In this document: piece by piece, positions 1-11,405 of the stretch | How the letters are laid out: each line of letters begins with the position of its first letter | Numbering within the stretch: position 1 is the first letter of the stretch | Assembly: GCF_001194135.2 (NCBI RefSeq) | Contig: NC_068982.1 | Location: 99,324,731 to 99,365,778 of the forward strand | Direction: 5' to 3' | DNA from: Octopus bimaculoides | Taxonomy: Eukaryota | DNA length: 41,048 bases | The notes under the pieces: model-generated | Told to the model about the DNA's origin: nothing | Database searches by the model: none | Seen by the model: the letters and a program-made list of their open reading frames with translations, nothing else | Position numbers and translations under genes: made by a program

Positions 1-186
1 AGTCGTCCGTAAATAATAATAAGGGATATATATTTTGCTACGGGAAATAACTCAACTTTTAGATCGACAACTCTCCCACTCTCTATCTATCACCACCAAT
101 CTATCTCACTCTATTAGTTACCATACTCTTTATCACTCTTTCTTCGTGTAAATGTATTGCCTCTCACGCAATGCTTTCATTTTTGT

Positions 187-410
187 AAGGCGGCGAGCTG
201 ACAGAAACGTTAGCACGCTGGGTGAAATGCTTAGCAGTATTTCGTCTGTCTTTACGTTCTGAGTTTAAATTCCGCCGAGGTCAACTTTGCCCTTCATCCT
301 TTCGGGGTCGATAAATTAGGTACCAGTTGCGTACTGGGGTCAATCTAATCGTTTGGTTCCCCCCACCAAAAAAGAATTCAGGCCTTGTGCCTAGAGTAGA
401 AAAGAAAAGC
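187..410 (+). mobile_element. tRNA-derived SINE, family A (GGCGGCGAGCTGGCAGAA head), full length with 13-bp TSD
   Basis: Head has A-box-like and B-box-like (GAGTTTAAATTCC) motifs and the element ends in an A-rich tail. It is flanked by ATGCTTTCATTTT at 171-183 and 411-423. Homologous copies occur at 1515, 24842, 25224, 25407, 37927 and 40708. Confidence 0.9.
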
Positions 411-1339
411 ATGCTTTCATTTTACTTGAAACTTCTAATATTTACTTTCGTTTTATGACAGCTATTACGCACAACTCCTGCTTTCTGCGTAGGTAAAAAT
501 GATCAAACTTCAAACTTCTATAACAGTTTTCTAATTTTTTTTTCTAGAATTAATGAATCAAAAACTCGGATTCAGCATGAATAAGTACATCAATATACCA
601 AATTTGAAAATTTTCACGTTATTTTAAAATTAAAAAATATGTGACAGCAACAGAAAAGATCTCAGTCTATCTCGTTCATTTTTCGCTTTTCTCATGGTAA
701 ACCTTTCCCCTCTCTCGCACTCTATAAAAGTATATAGCTCACGCTGAACGTGTATGTGTTTGTCAATGTGTGTGCATGCATGTGTTTAATGAATTTCATT
801 AGGACGACAGAGTGATTTGAAAAATTATGTAAAAGTTAATCTATTTTAATAGCATACTTTTCTATTAGTAAATATATTCTTTCTTACACACACGCGCGCG
901 CGGGGACTCGCTTGATGTGGGGTGGGAATTAAAAATTTAAATTACATAATTTTTTTGTTGTTGCTCAAACCCCAGCAATGGACCACCGTATCATCATTCT
1001 ATAAAATTTTTCTATAGGGAAAAAATATTCAAAAGTACCAATACATGAAACAAAGAAACGAGAAAGGTTCAGGTGATCATGTGATGTGCTAGAAACAACT
1101 ACATTTCCTTTAAATGACACACCTTTCCATCTGAAAATTATTTTGAAATTATAAACAGAAACAAATTGCAGATTTGGACTGTCCATATTTTAAAACTCTA
1201 ATTTTAAAAAAATTCGGAAAAAGTCGAAATTTTCGGATTTATGGGGCAGCGTAACGAAAAGAAATCTGAAAAATCCCTATCAAAACAGAAAAAATCTAAC
1301 TTGTGAGTGTCCTATTCCGAAAGTCTGCCAACGCAGTCT

Positions 1340-1374
1340 ATTGTGAAAATTACCCGCCGACGACGGGATACTCA

Positions 1375-1380
<6 letters not shown>
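1340..1380 (+). mobile_element. Helitron-type 3' terminus (hairpin + CTAG|T); upstream extent undetermined
   Basis: CCCG(1353-56)...CGGG(1364-67) hairpin, 8-nt spacer, CTAG at 1376-79 followed by T. Same geometry as the minus-strand end at 17483-17510. Confidence 0.55.

Positions 1381-1465
<85 letters not shown>
1379..1465. repeat. (GT)n microsatellite
   Basis: Perfect dinucleotide run of about 43 units. Confidence 0.98.
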
Positions 1466-1469
<4 letters not shown>

Positions 1470-1514
1470 CGCGCGCACATATGTTTACTAGCATTGCAGG
1501 TGTTAAGGCTCTCA

Positions 1515-1652
1515 GTTCAAATTCCACAGAGGTCGACTTTGTCTTTCATCCTCCGGGGTCGATAAAATAAATACCAATTGAGCACTGGGTTGATGCAATC
1601 GACTAATCTCCTCCTACGAAATTACTGACGTTGTGCCAAAATTTGAAACCAA
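1515..1652 (+). mobile_element. 5'-truncated SINE family A
   Basis: AGTTCAAATTCCACAGAGGTCGACTTTGTCTTTCATCC...GGGGTCGATAAAATAAATACCA matches the body of 187-410. Confidence 0.85.
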
Positions 1653-2571
1653 TACATTTGCATGCGTATTTTTATTAATATATTCTATATATTTTAACTT
1701 GTAGCAGAAATATCGCTCGTTAGTGTATTTAATACTTCATATCCTACATCAGTGACACTTGAGATTCAACTCCCTTCGTTGATAACCGATACGGTTTCTT
1801 CCGCCTATGATCGAGTTCCCAGCTTTCGTATCAATTCTTTTCGATACGAAACAGAATAAAAGATGTTAAACAATCGGAGGACACTCTCGAGAAGACAGGT
1901 TTACTTGCTTGAGATGAAAGGTACCATATAAATTGAATTTCTATTATGTTACAAATGCACTTGTGAGGTTTTGCACGTGCCATGAAGACCGTATCTCTCA
2001 GGAATTTGAATTAAATTTCTGTTTTTAGTAGAGATTGTAATTAGTCAAATACCTATTTAAAATCTTAGATCACACAGTAGAGGGTGGAACAATGAAAAAG
2101 TATGACAGGTTGTCAGATTATAGGAAAAAAAATAAAGGGAATTACATGAAAAGAAAAGTGTAGCCCAAGGCAAGAAAAGACAACTTACACTTCGTGGTCG
2201 TTCGAGAGACTAGCGGTATCCTCATTACAGAAGACTTGAGGTTAGACAATGAGGTTGTGCTCTAATAGGACAGGAAGAAATAGGGTAAGAAGGTGATAGA
2301 ATATTGATGAAAACGAATAGAGTATCATCACACGAAAAACTCCTCCACAGAGGATGCGACATGTTATTTACCTTGTCCAACACAGAAAAATACGGGCGCT
2401 CTTGAGTGCCCCAAGATTTAATGCTAGGAGCGACAGCGCAGTGCTCTTAACTAAATAAGGTGTAGTTAGATGTAGGCTTCTCATTCGTATGTAAGTTAGA
2501 TGCCCTTATTTGCTTCTTGTGTTGTTATCATATCGTTTGATTATGAATACGTTGTGTTTATTATTTGCTTT

Positions 2572-2741
2572 GCGTAGGAGTGGCTGTGTGGTAAGTAGCT
2601 TTCTTACCAACCATATGGTTCTGGGTTCAGTCCCACTGCGTGGCATCTTGGGCAAGTGTCTTCTACTATAGCCTCGGACAGACCAAAGCCTTGTGAGTGG
2701 ATTTGGTAGGCGGAAACTGAAAGAAGCCCGTCGTATATATG

Positions 2742-2774
<33 letters not shown>

Positions 2775-3036
2775 NNNNNNNNNNNNNNNNNNNNNNNNNN
2801 NNNNNNNNNNNNNNNNNNNNNNNNNNNNNNNNNNNNNNNNNNNNNNNNATATATATGTATATATATATATATATGTATATGTGTTTGTGTGTCTGTGTTT
2901 GTCACCCCAACATCGCTTGACAACCGATGCTGGTGTGTTTACGTCCCCGTAACTTACCGGTTCGGCAAAAGAGACCGATAGAATAAGTACTAGGCTTCCA
3001 AAGAATAAGTCCTGGGGTCGATTTGCTCAACTAAAG
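2572..3036 (+). mobile_element. tRNA-derived SINE, family B (GTGGCTGTGTGGTAAG head) with internal (TA)n and N gap; extreme 3' tail missing
   Basis: A-box TGGCTGTGTGG, B-box GGTTCAGTCCC, CTTGGGCAAGTG core and a 3' domain GACAACCGATGCTGGTGTGTTTACGTCCCCGTAAC. Homologous pieces occur at 15548, 16405, 27600 and 29184. Confidence 0.9.
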
Positions 3037-3059
3037 TCTTGAGAAGAGCCGATCTGCAC

Positions 3060-3150
3060 AACCTGCAGAGATTGTGGAGGAAAGAAAAGTGAGACTTGCA
3101 GGTCATGTTTTCCGTCTCTCGAAAAGACAACGGATATGTGCAGTAAATAA
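3060..3150 (+). pseudogene. small RTE-like LINE ORF2 C-terminal fragment
   Basis: Translates to EIVEERKVRLAGHVFRLSKRQR, resembling the RLRWxGHxxR motif downstream of RT in RTE-clade elements. Confidence 0.45.
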
Positions 3151-3286
3151 TATCTTCCTTAGGTTAGCATTTCATTTCTTCTTTCTTTTATTTTGTGAAT
3201 TTCTGCGCTAAATTTGACGATTATTCTATGTGTCCTATTTTCAGGAACAGCTTGATGAATTGGTGAACAGTCAACGGTGTTGGAGA

Positions 3287-5786
3287 TGGAGGTTGTAAAA
3301 AATTAATTGCAATATATTGGTCCAATTAATTGATTGGAGTCGTACTGTCAATTAAATAGTTGATTGCTGTCATATCAATTACTTGCAACATTGTCAGCGA
3401 AAGATTTTCAAATGGCTCATACTTCATTCAACGTTCAATTGGCAAATACAGCGTTCTATTATTATTTGAATTATTGTGTTGACGTTTTGTTCTGACTGCT
3501 GAGAATGATTTACTCATTCTGTCGTGCTTAAGAATTGACTGTTTTGTATGTTATCAAGTGTTGATGTTTGATTCGGACTGCTGAGAATGATACATATTCT
3601 ATCATGCTTGGGAATTGGCTATTGTGTATGTTGTCAAATAATCACTGTCGAGTGATTCTTGGTTCTGACTGCTGAGAATGATTCACACATTCTGTCTTCA
3701 AGTCATTAAATCGTAACTTTGCCTGCAACGTGGTTGTGTCTTGAATTCCGCTCCAACATATTAACTGAATCAGACTTTCATCAGTGGAGTGGCGAAATAT
3801 CTTCTATTTTAAACTGTGGCGAAATATCTTTTATTTTAAATTAATCCATGCCGCGTGAAAACGAGCAAATCGTCAGAAAATATCTTAACCAAATAGACAG
3901 TGAACATGTATGGAAATGCAAGTGTGGAAAAAGTTGATCCCCACCCCGCTAAAAAAGGGACTGGATGGACAAATCTTATGAGTCATATAAAAAACCAGCA
4001 TTCAGAATATTCTACTAGACAAGCAACTGGACAACCATCCTTATCAAGTTTTCTTTTACTAAGAAGTAGTTTGGTCAGTCGCTCGGCCTTAAATGTCTAT
4101 GTTTGGACTAAGTGGGTATGTACTGGTTTAAAACCATTTTCCTTTATTGAACACCCACTGACTCGTAAGTACACAAACTTGGGAAATAGGACAAATGTGA
4201 CCTTAAAGAAATACATGGAGAAACTTACTCAAGAAGTGGAAAAGAAAATATCTAATGAACTTCCAAGTAAATTTTCGTTGGTAATCAACGGTTGAACTAA
4301 AGGTCCGACGCATTTCATTGGACTTTCTGCATCTTATTCATGCAATTATCAAAATGACTATTATACTGTTTTTCTGGCATTTTTGCCAAAGGTAAGTGAA
4401 ACATCATTCACTGCTTCTCATTATGTCGAATTTATAGAGTATGTATGAAGTGTCTATAACAAAAATTTAGAAAATGTAGCTATTATCGGAGATTATACTG
4501 AAGTGAACAAATCTATAGCGAACTTGTGTAGAATACCATTGATTGGATGTGCTTCTCATAAATTCAATTTAGCTGTTTCTGCTTATCTCGACAAGCAAGA
4601 AGTTCTACTTGATAAAATTAATATGTTGATGGGTAAGCTAAAGTCATTAAAACTTACGAGTAAACTTCGGAAAAAAAAAACGCCTTTGCAACTTATACAA
4701 AGAAATAAAACCCGTTGGTCCAGTACTTAGGACATGATTGAGAGGTACATCCAACTCAAACCGTTTTTAGACTGTTTTCAAGGCGATCCAAAGCTAGTTG
4801 ATTATCTGTTGACTTCACGCGATCATAATGATATGTAGACTCTAAAAGACGATTTAGGAAAGCTACGCCCAGTAACAGTCGCTTTGCAAAGAACAGAAAT
4901 AGATTTGGGAGATGCTAGAATTCTTTTTGGCGAAATTTTTGCATTGTATCCTTACGAGGAGTTAAAAAAATATTTGCTCCCATCGGCAGCCATTGTGCAC
5001 AGCTCAAATTTAGAAAGTGGAGTTGTGAAAATTTTACAACATGCAGAAGCAGAGCTAACTGCGGATGAAGTGGCTGCTCTACATCAGCTGAAAGTGATGA
5101 CAGACACGTCACAACAGTCTGATTTACCTGTAGAAGATGATGATTTTTGCTTCAATTTGTTTGAAAAAATACAAAAAGGATAAAATTTCACCTCAGCAAT
5201 ATCTGAACTGTTAATTTTTGTTAACAGCATCCAATATCTTGGAACGTTTCTTCAGCTCAGCAGGTTACGCTTTTAATGATTTTCGGCAATACTTAACACC
5301 AATGACTTTAGAAATGCAATTATTTCTAAAAATCAGTTGCGCTTTCTGGGATGAAGACCTAGTTTCAGAAATCTGCAATCGTTCATGACCATTTGTTATA
5401 TCTTAAAATTTTAATTGCGCTACTCGTTTGAGAAACTTTTTCAATTTAAGACCTTCAATTTATTTGTTTTTCAACTACTGTACAATGTAGAGTATACATA
5501 TTGTTTGTTCCCTATTCTAAATCAATACAATTGAACTTTGAACGTTTTCTGATAATAAAGTTTTTTGAAACTTTAAGACAAGCCTTTTATTTTCCTATCA
5601 TTTTGGCTCTTATTTAAATCGAAGCTAATACTTCAAAATATATGGTGTTTTTACATTCGGCAAAATAATTGACAATTAATTGCAATTAACTACAATAATT
5701 GATTGGCCTATATCCCAATTAAAATTAATTGATTGCTAGGAAAATAATTGATTGAAAAGGTCCTAATCAATTATTTCCAACCCGTG
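3287..5786 (+). mobile_element. decayed autonomous-type hAT DNA transposon, 2.5 kb, with 8-bp TSD
   Basis: GTTGGAGA occurs exactly at 3279-3286 and 5787-5794. Ends are imperfect inverted repeats (TGGAGGTTGTAAAAAATT vs revcomp CACGGGTTGGAAATAATT). Many subterminal AATTGATTG/CAATTAATTG motifs; encloses a transposase pseudogene. Confidence 0.9.
3848..5388 (+). pseudogene. hAT transposase pseudogene (BED-like finger, CxxH, TRW, C-terminal dimerisation domain)
   Basis: MPRENEQ...WKCKCGK / KKGTGWTNLMSHIKNQH (BED-like), LVING*T (DGW degraded), IIGDY, GCASHKFNLAV, NKTRWSST, SNILERFFSSAG...LEMQLFLK. Multiple stops and frameshifts join ORFs 3900, 4503 and 4884. Confidence 0.88.
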
Positions 5787-5794
5787 GTTGGAGA

Positions 5795-6576
5795 GCATAA
5801 AGATTAAAGTTGTAATTGAGAAAAAATTAGGTAACATGGAGGACTGGAAATCATCTGAATATTGGAGAAGAGTTACCTGTATCACGAAGATTCGCGCTAG
5901 GTATCAAAATACTGACGTCATGATTGCTGCTCCATGCTCTGTGAACATTGTAAAGGCTGTAAGATGTGACATGGTCAGCTGAAATGAAGACTACAAAGCT
6001 GTGGCTAACAATAAGATGGTCTTTGAGTGTGTCTCCAGTGAGGTTGACATCATGCCACCCCACATCTTTGAACAGGGTATCAGATTCAATTCAGACGGCT
6101 ACGTGAAGCTACCGGAGACTGGTCAATCACTGGCTAGAGAGGTTGCTGCTGGAAGGCCATATGTGTGGCAGCAGGATTCTTTCGGTAAGAGTCAGAAGTG
6201 ATTGTCGGAAAATTTCTACAACTTGATCCCCAATTTCTGGCCTTCTAATTCCCTCGATTGTAATCTCATGGATTACTATGCGTTGGGTGCGGTTGAGAAT
6301 GACACCGACCACTCTGCCTACAACACCAAGGCCAAGCTGGTGGCCAAAATCAAGGTGCTCGAAGATATTCCCAGGGACACAGTGAGGAACGCAGGCGGTA
6401 GGTTTGAGAGCCGTCTTGAGGCCTGTTGGAAGCTGAGGTTAGGCTACTTTGAGTAAACAGTTATCTCTCAGCCATAACCTAGTTGATATGTTTTGATCTT
6501 TAAAAAATACTTTGATTTATGGATGTGTTTTCTTTACCTTTCACGCAAACTGTTGGATTTAGTCTGAACATCTTTA
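5795..6576 (+). mobile_element. internally deleted IS630-Tc1-mariner element, DD37D (maT-like)
   Basis: MVFECVSSEVDIMPPHIF...AAGRPYVWQQDS...WPSNSLDCNLMDYY...GYFE*. The end TTAGTCTGAACATCTTTA resembles a TIR followed by TA. Confidence 0.85.
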
Positions 6577-7109
6577 ATAGTGAGTAGAATCAATAATTTT
6601 CAATTGATCACTGAACACGGTATAGTAACTTGGTCGCTACTTGTTTTGCTTCTAACATCACTATCGGTAAATCCACTCAGTTTATTGTTGTCTTTATAAA
6701 TACTCTACTAGCCTTCTGTTGCTCATTCTTGACTCACTTATTTTCCATTTGTATTATCTACGAAGACATATTTTGTTGCCTAGTGTACTCTTTTCTAATT
6801 TTATCGTTATTTCTTTGCCGTGAAGCCATGTCAACACTTTTGTTCGCCTGTTGCAAACAAATATGTTTAACCGCTCCCTTTATTCTATTCTTTCGTTATA
6901 ATTATGGATGAAACAAATGTCATTTCGAAAACTGAACAACTTGTTCTTTACTTCGTTTTTGAGAGAGTAAAGAAGGTATTAGATATCAATCAACTTCTGA
7001 ATTTGACACTGAATTGCTTCTACTGTACAGTGCATATGGTCGGTATTCATCTCTACTGGTGTTGACGTCCCGTTGTGTGTCGCCTAATGTTATGATGGTG
7101 CCTCGATCA

Positions 7110-7470
7110 TGATCGGGAAAATCACCCGTGTTCTGACAGGGTCGTCCATTGGTGCATGGCGGCGGTCTTCAATGCAGCTAGTTTCGGTCCTATTTTCAGA
7201 GGCTGGATTGCTGTGGGTATTTGCTCAGAGGTCAGACTAAATTGCCACCGGTCTTAACTGTTTGAATCCATATGTTCGGTCCATCAAGTGTATCCTCTCT
7301 AATCACTCTTGTACATTTTAGGTCTTGAATTATTGCTACGGAAGCAGAGGGTGCTGAAATGAATCCCACTCAAACAAGAACGTGGGACAGTTGTGTCGAC
7401 ATATGTGGACGAAGCTAAGGGATTGCAGTCGTCTACCACGGAAATCCAGGTGGTCGGTACAATATTGAAA
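7110..7470 (-). pseudogene. highly degraded Gypsy-like integrase C-terminal remnant
   Basis: Minus-strand pieces STYV..LSHVLV*VDS, KQLRPVA and RTRVIFP resemble the SHVFVRVD / DRLKPA / TRSGRxVxFP motifs of Gypsy integrases. Heavily frameshifted. Confidence 0.35.
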
Positions 7471-8563
7471 GAATATGAGGTGATACACTAGAAGCTGGAA
7501 TTAATAAGAAGAAGCTAGTGGGTTCGCATCTTAGGAGTAGGTGAGGTAGGTCTATATTGACCGGCGACTAAAGAATCTGTTAACATACTTAGGAGTCTCG
7601 TCTGATTCAAACCTATAAGTGACTGGAACTGCAAGATTACGGGTAGATAAGTCAGTTCTATCCAGAAATGGACGGAGAAGAAACTATCCTCGAAAGGTGA
7701 GGCAGACATAGTGAACGTGTACAATGTTTCCATCCCCATCATTTATTATCATCTGATCATCGTGCCCTTGCTTCAGGTTTCGTCTGATTAGATTGTACTT
7801 TTGAGGGAGAGACGAGTTTCACTGGTCAGAAGATCTATTTACTGTCAGCCTCTTCTGCACAAAGAATTTGGTATACTGTGGCTAATGACGACATGTTTAG
7901 ATTATGGCATGTGTAGAGATTCCTGGACTGTGAGAAAGTCTGGTTGCTATTTTTCGGGCATGTGTCTGCACAGCTTGCTTCTTTGACAGAACTACTGGAT
8001 TAAATAAAGACCAAGCTGGGCACTTAGCATATAGAATATTGTCAGGCGTTCATAGTTTTCTACAAGTCTGAAAATTCGATCTCTGATAACCAGCCTTTGT
8101 ATTTTGTAGAAGATAGGTGGCAGGCAAGAGCGATGATGTTCTCTGGCTATCTCTTAGCAAGGATAAGAATCCGCTGAATAGTTTTGCCAGACAACTTTTA
8201 ACCCATATGACTTCGAAAAACTCTCACAAATTCTTGGTCTGGTAGTAGCACTTGGAGATATTATTAGTTCGAGGTAAACTTTACTGGCACTGAGTCAACA
8301 GGGCGACGAAACAGTTTTGAACATAATTGTTTAGTCTTCGGGTGCTATTGATTTGTGGAGTTAGTAACTGGACGGCATGCCAGCGGTTCGACATACGCAA
8401 GACTATCATCTGAAAAGCAGAGAATGCTTTCCTGCCAGCTCTCCTGCCTCCCAAATTCCCACAGAGAACATTCTCTCTTGCCACTTGCCTTATAGCCAAT
8501 TCTACAATGTATGTATGTATGTATGTGAGTGTGTGTATGTGTGCGCGCGCGCTGACGTCAGTC

Positions 8564-9198
8564 CTTTACTCAGTGAGGTACAGACCGTTTACAAGCATTA
8601 TGTTAGGATTCTTGAACACTTCTATCAGAGATGTCTGAGGCACATTCTGAAAGTCAGCTGGTTCTTGCCGACTACAGACACAGAGGTCTAGAGTGAAGTC
8701 GACATCGGGAGTATTGAAGTGATAGCGCACATGCTCCGATTACGCTGGACTGGACACCTTGCTCGGATGAATGATCAGAAGATCCCTAAACATGCTGTAT
8801 GTTGAACTTATTTGTGGAAAGCGCCCCAGCAGAAATTAAGATTACGGGTTAAGGATTGTATAAAGTCCTCACTAAAGGCATGTGAGATATACGAGGTCAA
8901 TTGGGAAAGCGACACTCATTACCACCAATGGAAGAAACAGATAAAAGAAGGAGAGGGTACTTTTAAAGAAACACGCATTTTGCATGCTGAACTTAAGCGA
9001 GCTGCTCGAAATTGCACTGCCACTGTGGTGAAAGGAGGAAAGTTTCGTCTTCAGAAGCTGTGGACGTTTATGACTAACAAGAGCTGGGCTCATTAATCAC
9101 CAGCGGAGCCACAAGCATAAATAACAATTTTGTCTGAGAGCACAATGATCTTAATGGCTGGTGATTGTCTTCTTCGGTCACGAGCGGACAGCCATCAT
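8564..9198 (+). mobile_element. 5'-truncated RTE-clade (BovB-like) LINE, 3' end
   Basis: SE..TVYKHYVRILEHFYQRCLRHILKVSW, LRLRWTGHLARMNDQKIPK, RVKDCIKSSLKAC, terminal CxxC...GLINHQRSH, then a short 3' UTR ending GGACAGCCATCAT. Confidence 0.9.
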
Positions 9199-9440
9199 GC
9201 ATGTATGCATGTATGTATGAACGTCTGTGTGTTTGTATGTATGTTTGTGTATTTGTAAGTATGTCTGTGTGCTTGTATGCATGTATATATGCATGTGTGC
9301 GTGTGTGTGTGTGTAGGCGTGCATGTGTGTTGGTATGCGTGTGTTTGGTGTAGTGTCGTGTGGTGTGTGTGTGTGTGTGTGTGTGTGTGCGGTGTGGTGC
9401 GCGTATGTGGTGTGTGTGTGAGGGAGGGAGAGAGAGTGTA
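9198..9440. repeat. mixed (ATGY)n/(TG)n low-complexity tract
   Basis: Direct reading; it produces the spurious HT/CV-rich ORFs at 9074-9525. Confidence 0.9.
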
Positions 9441-9821
9441 TGTATCCAATCAATATGTCTGCTATAGTAGAACAATTACACCTAGTTTGGTGTTTATTGC
9501 TCTTAATCACAGCGTTTTCTAACATTGTAATTTTTGTTAGACGACTTCTCTTTTTCCTTCAAAAGTAATGCGTTTTGTGTGCTGAAACTGGAACTTATAA
9601 CAGACTGATTTACTTTAATCTGAGCACAATTATGTTCAAAATTATTGTTGCTGTATGACTTAAGGTTCTGCCAGTAGTATGTAGTTTCTCTGCACTTTTA
9701 GTTTGTTAGATATTTAGATAAGAAAATATATAGGTATATGTAAAAATTAACGAAAGTAGGTTAAGTAATTTGACCAAAAGACAATCATAATTGTACATGT
9801 TATTGGATGGAAGGTAGATAA

Positions 9822-9843
9822 ATAGACAGACAGTCAGTCAGAC

Positions 9844-9877
<34 letters not shown>
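9822..9877. repeat. (GACA)/(GATA)n tetranucleotide microsatellite
   Basis: Direct reading. Confidence 0.9.
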
Positions 9878-10539
9878 CGATGTAGAAAGATAAGGTAAAT
9901 ATATAAGCAGATTGCGGTTAATGCTATAAGTTTGGGGTTAATTCAAGAAACGAAAAATTAAAAGTACGTTGTATTCTATATTCGTTAATACCATTGGCTG
10001 ACCAATACCTGATGAGTGGTATTTAGCTGGTGGAAACTTTGCAGAAGTTGGATATAAAAGCAACAACAACAACATCATCATAAAACAAAACAAAACAATA
10101 ATACACACTCAAAGTGATAACTTTTTTATCACCCATTTTTTTGTAGAAACAATTTAATATGCTGTCGCTATATTGTATATTTAGTGCTGGATCAGCACCG
10201 AAAATATAAACCTACGGTGCGATTTGAATTCTTTACTTAAGCTAATGAAACACTTGTTGATGAGTTGCTGCTGTCTCTAGCAGTCGAGCGTCCATCATTG
10301 ACGAGGCCAAGGAAGGTCGAAATCACGAGATCTGGTGGTCTCAGCGCTGGAGGTGGTGGGGATTTATCTCCCCGCTATCGATATAAGCAAGAGTGCATTT
10401 TGCACCAAAAACCAATATGAGAGTTTCTCTCATGGTAACTACCGAAGTATAGTTTGTTCTAACAGAACATCCACGTTTAGGTGGGGATGAATATCACCTC
10501 TTTGTGAGTCTGTTTTATACTGACCTGAGGCTAAGCAAC

Positions 10540-10640
10540 AGAAGCAGTAGCGGCAGCAATAGCAACAACAGCAGCCGCAGCAATAACAGCAGCAGCAGCA
10601 ACATCAGTTGAACAATAACAACAGCGACGACGATAACATC
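10540..10640. repeat. degenerate (CAG/CAA)n trinucleotide tract
   Basis: GCAGCAATAGCAACAACAGCAGCCGCAGCAATAACAGCAGCAGCAGCAAC; stops interrupt the Q-rich frame. Confidence 0.8.
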
Positions 10641-11340
10641 AAACGTATGTGAGAAGCAAATACGCCCCGACCAAAAAAATAAACAAATAAATAAAAAGAA
10701 AGAATGAAAACAATATTAGTGAAAACCATTTCAACAAGTTACATCTATTAATGGTGTTAGAGTCTAACAAATTTGTTCCCACCATTTCTTGAAACATGAT
10801 AGATTAAAAGAACGGCACTAATTTTCGCTGCCTTTGTAAGTTCGATGAAACAGTGTTGGTGTTTTCTCCTTGAAGTAGTATATATTATCAGTTTCGAAGT
10901 CTTAGAAGTAATTGCCTATTTAAGCAATAAATTCTACACGACAAACAATTAATACAAATAAAACCCTGTGATACCATTGTTAAGCTTCGCTATTGCAGCT
11001 CTGTTAAATGTCGAATAATCTAAAGCAATTTGAGCTTAATTTTCGTACTGATGGGGCTGTTTAAACTGTTGGAATTATTGATACTATCAGGGTTTGTAAC
11101 ATGATAAAATTACACAGTAATTAAGAAGTTTTGCTCACTTGCACATACACACACGTACATATATGTATAAATGTATGAGTACAAAATACCTGCTGCTTCT
11201 GCTAAAAACAGATGTGTGAAAGTGCTATAAAGATAACAGATATACACATATATACGTGTGCGCACGCACACACATACACACGTATGTGTGCATTTTCGTT
11301 TTGTAAGCGAAAGAAAAAGTACTCAATACCTGTAGATTAT

Positions 11341-11405
11341 AGTATAGAGTATAGTATAGTATAGTATAGTACAGTATAGTACAGTAGAGTAAAGTATAGT
11401 ATAGT
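11341..11405. repeat. (TATAG)n pentanucleotide microsatellite
   Basis: About 12 imperfect AGTAT units. Confidence 0.9.

Noticed and set aside
187-280. tRNA genes at SINE heads
   Set aside because: A/B boxes are present but there is no cloverleaf or acceptor stem, and each continues into a SINE body.
1824-1851. 9-bp hairpin TTTCGTATC/GATACGAAA
   Set aside because: Isolated, AT-rich and expected by chance at this scale; no CUGAUGA core upstream.
7760-8500. Continuation of the Gypsy pol (RNase H/RT) on the minus strand
   Set aside because: No diagnostic motif could be read with confidence.
9074-9525. His/Thr-rich and Cys/Val-rich ORFs (also 1303-1570, 38171-38461, 40127-40385)
   Set aside because: Translations of (CA)/(TG) microsatellites.
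10001-10060. Second hammerhead-like string CTGATGAGTGG...GGAAACTTTGCAGAAGTT
   Set aside because: Stem III is plausible, but stem II cannot close (no G-C pair before GAAA) and stem I is mismatched; at best a dead relic.
10540-10640. Poly-Q coding exon
   Set aside because: TAG/TAA interrupt the Q frame and there are no convincing splice sites.
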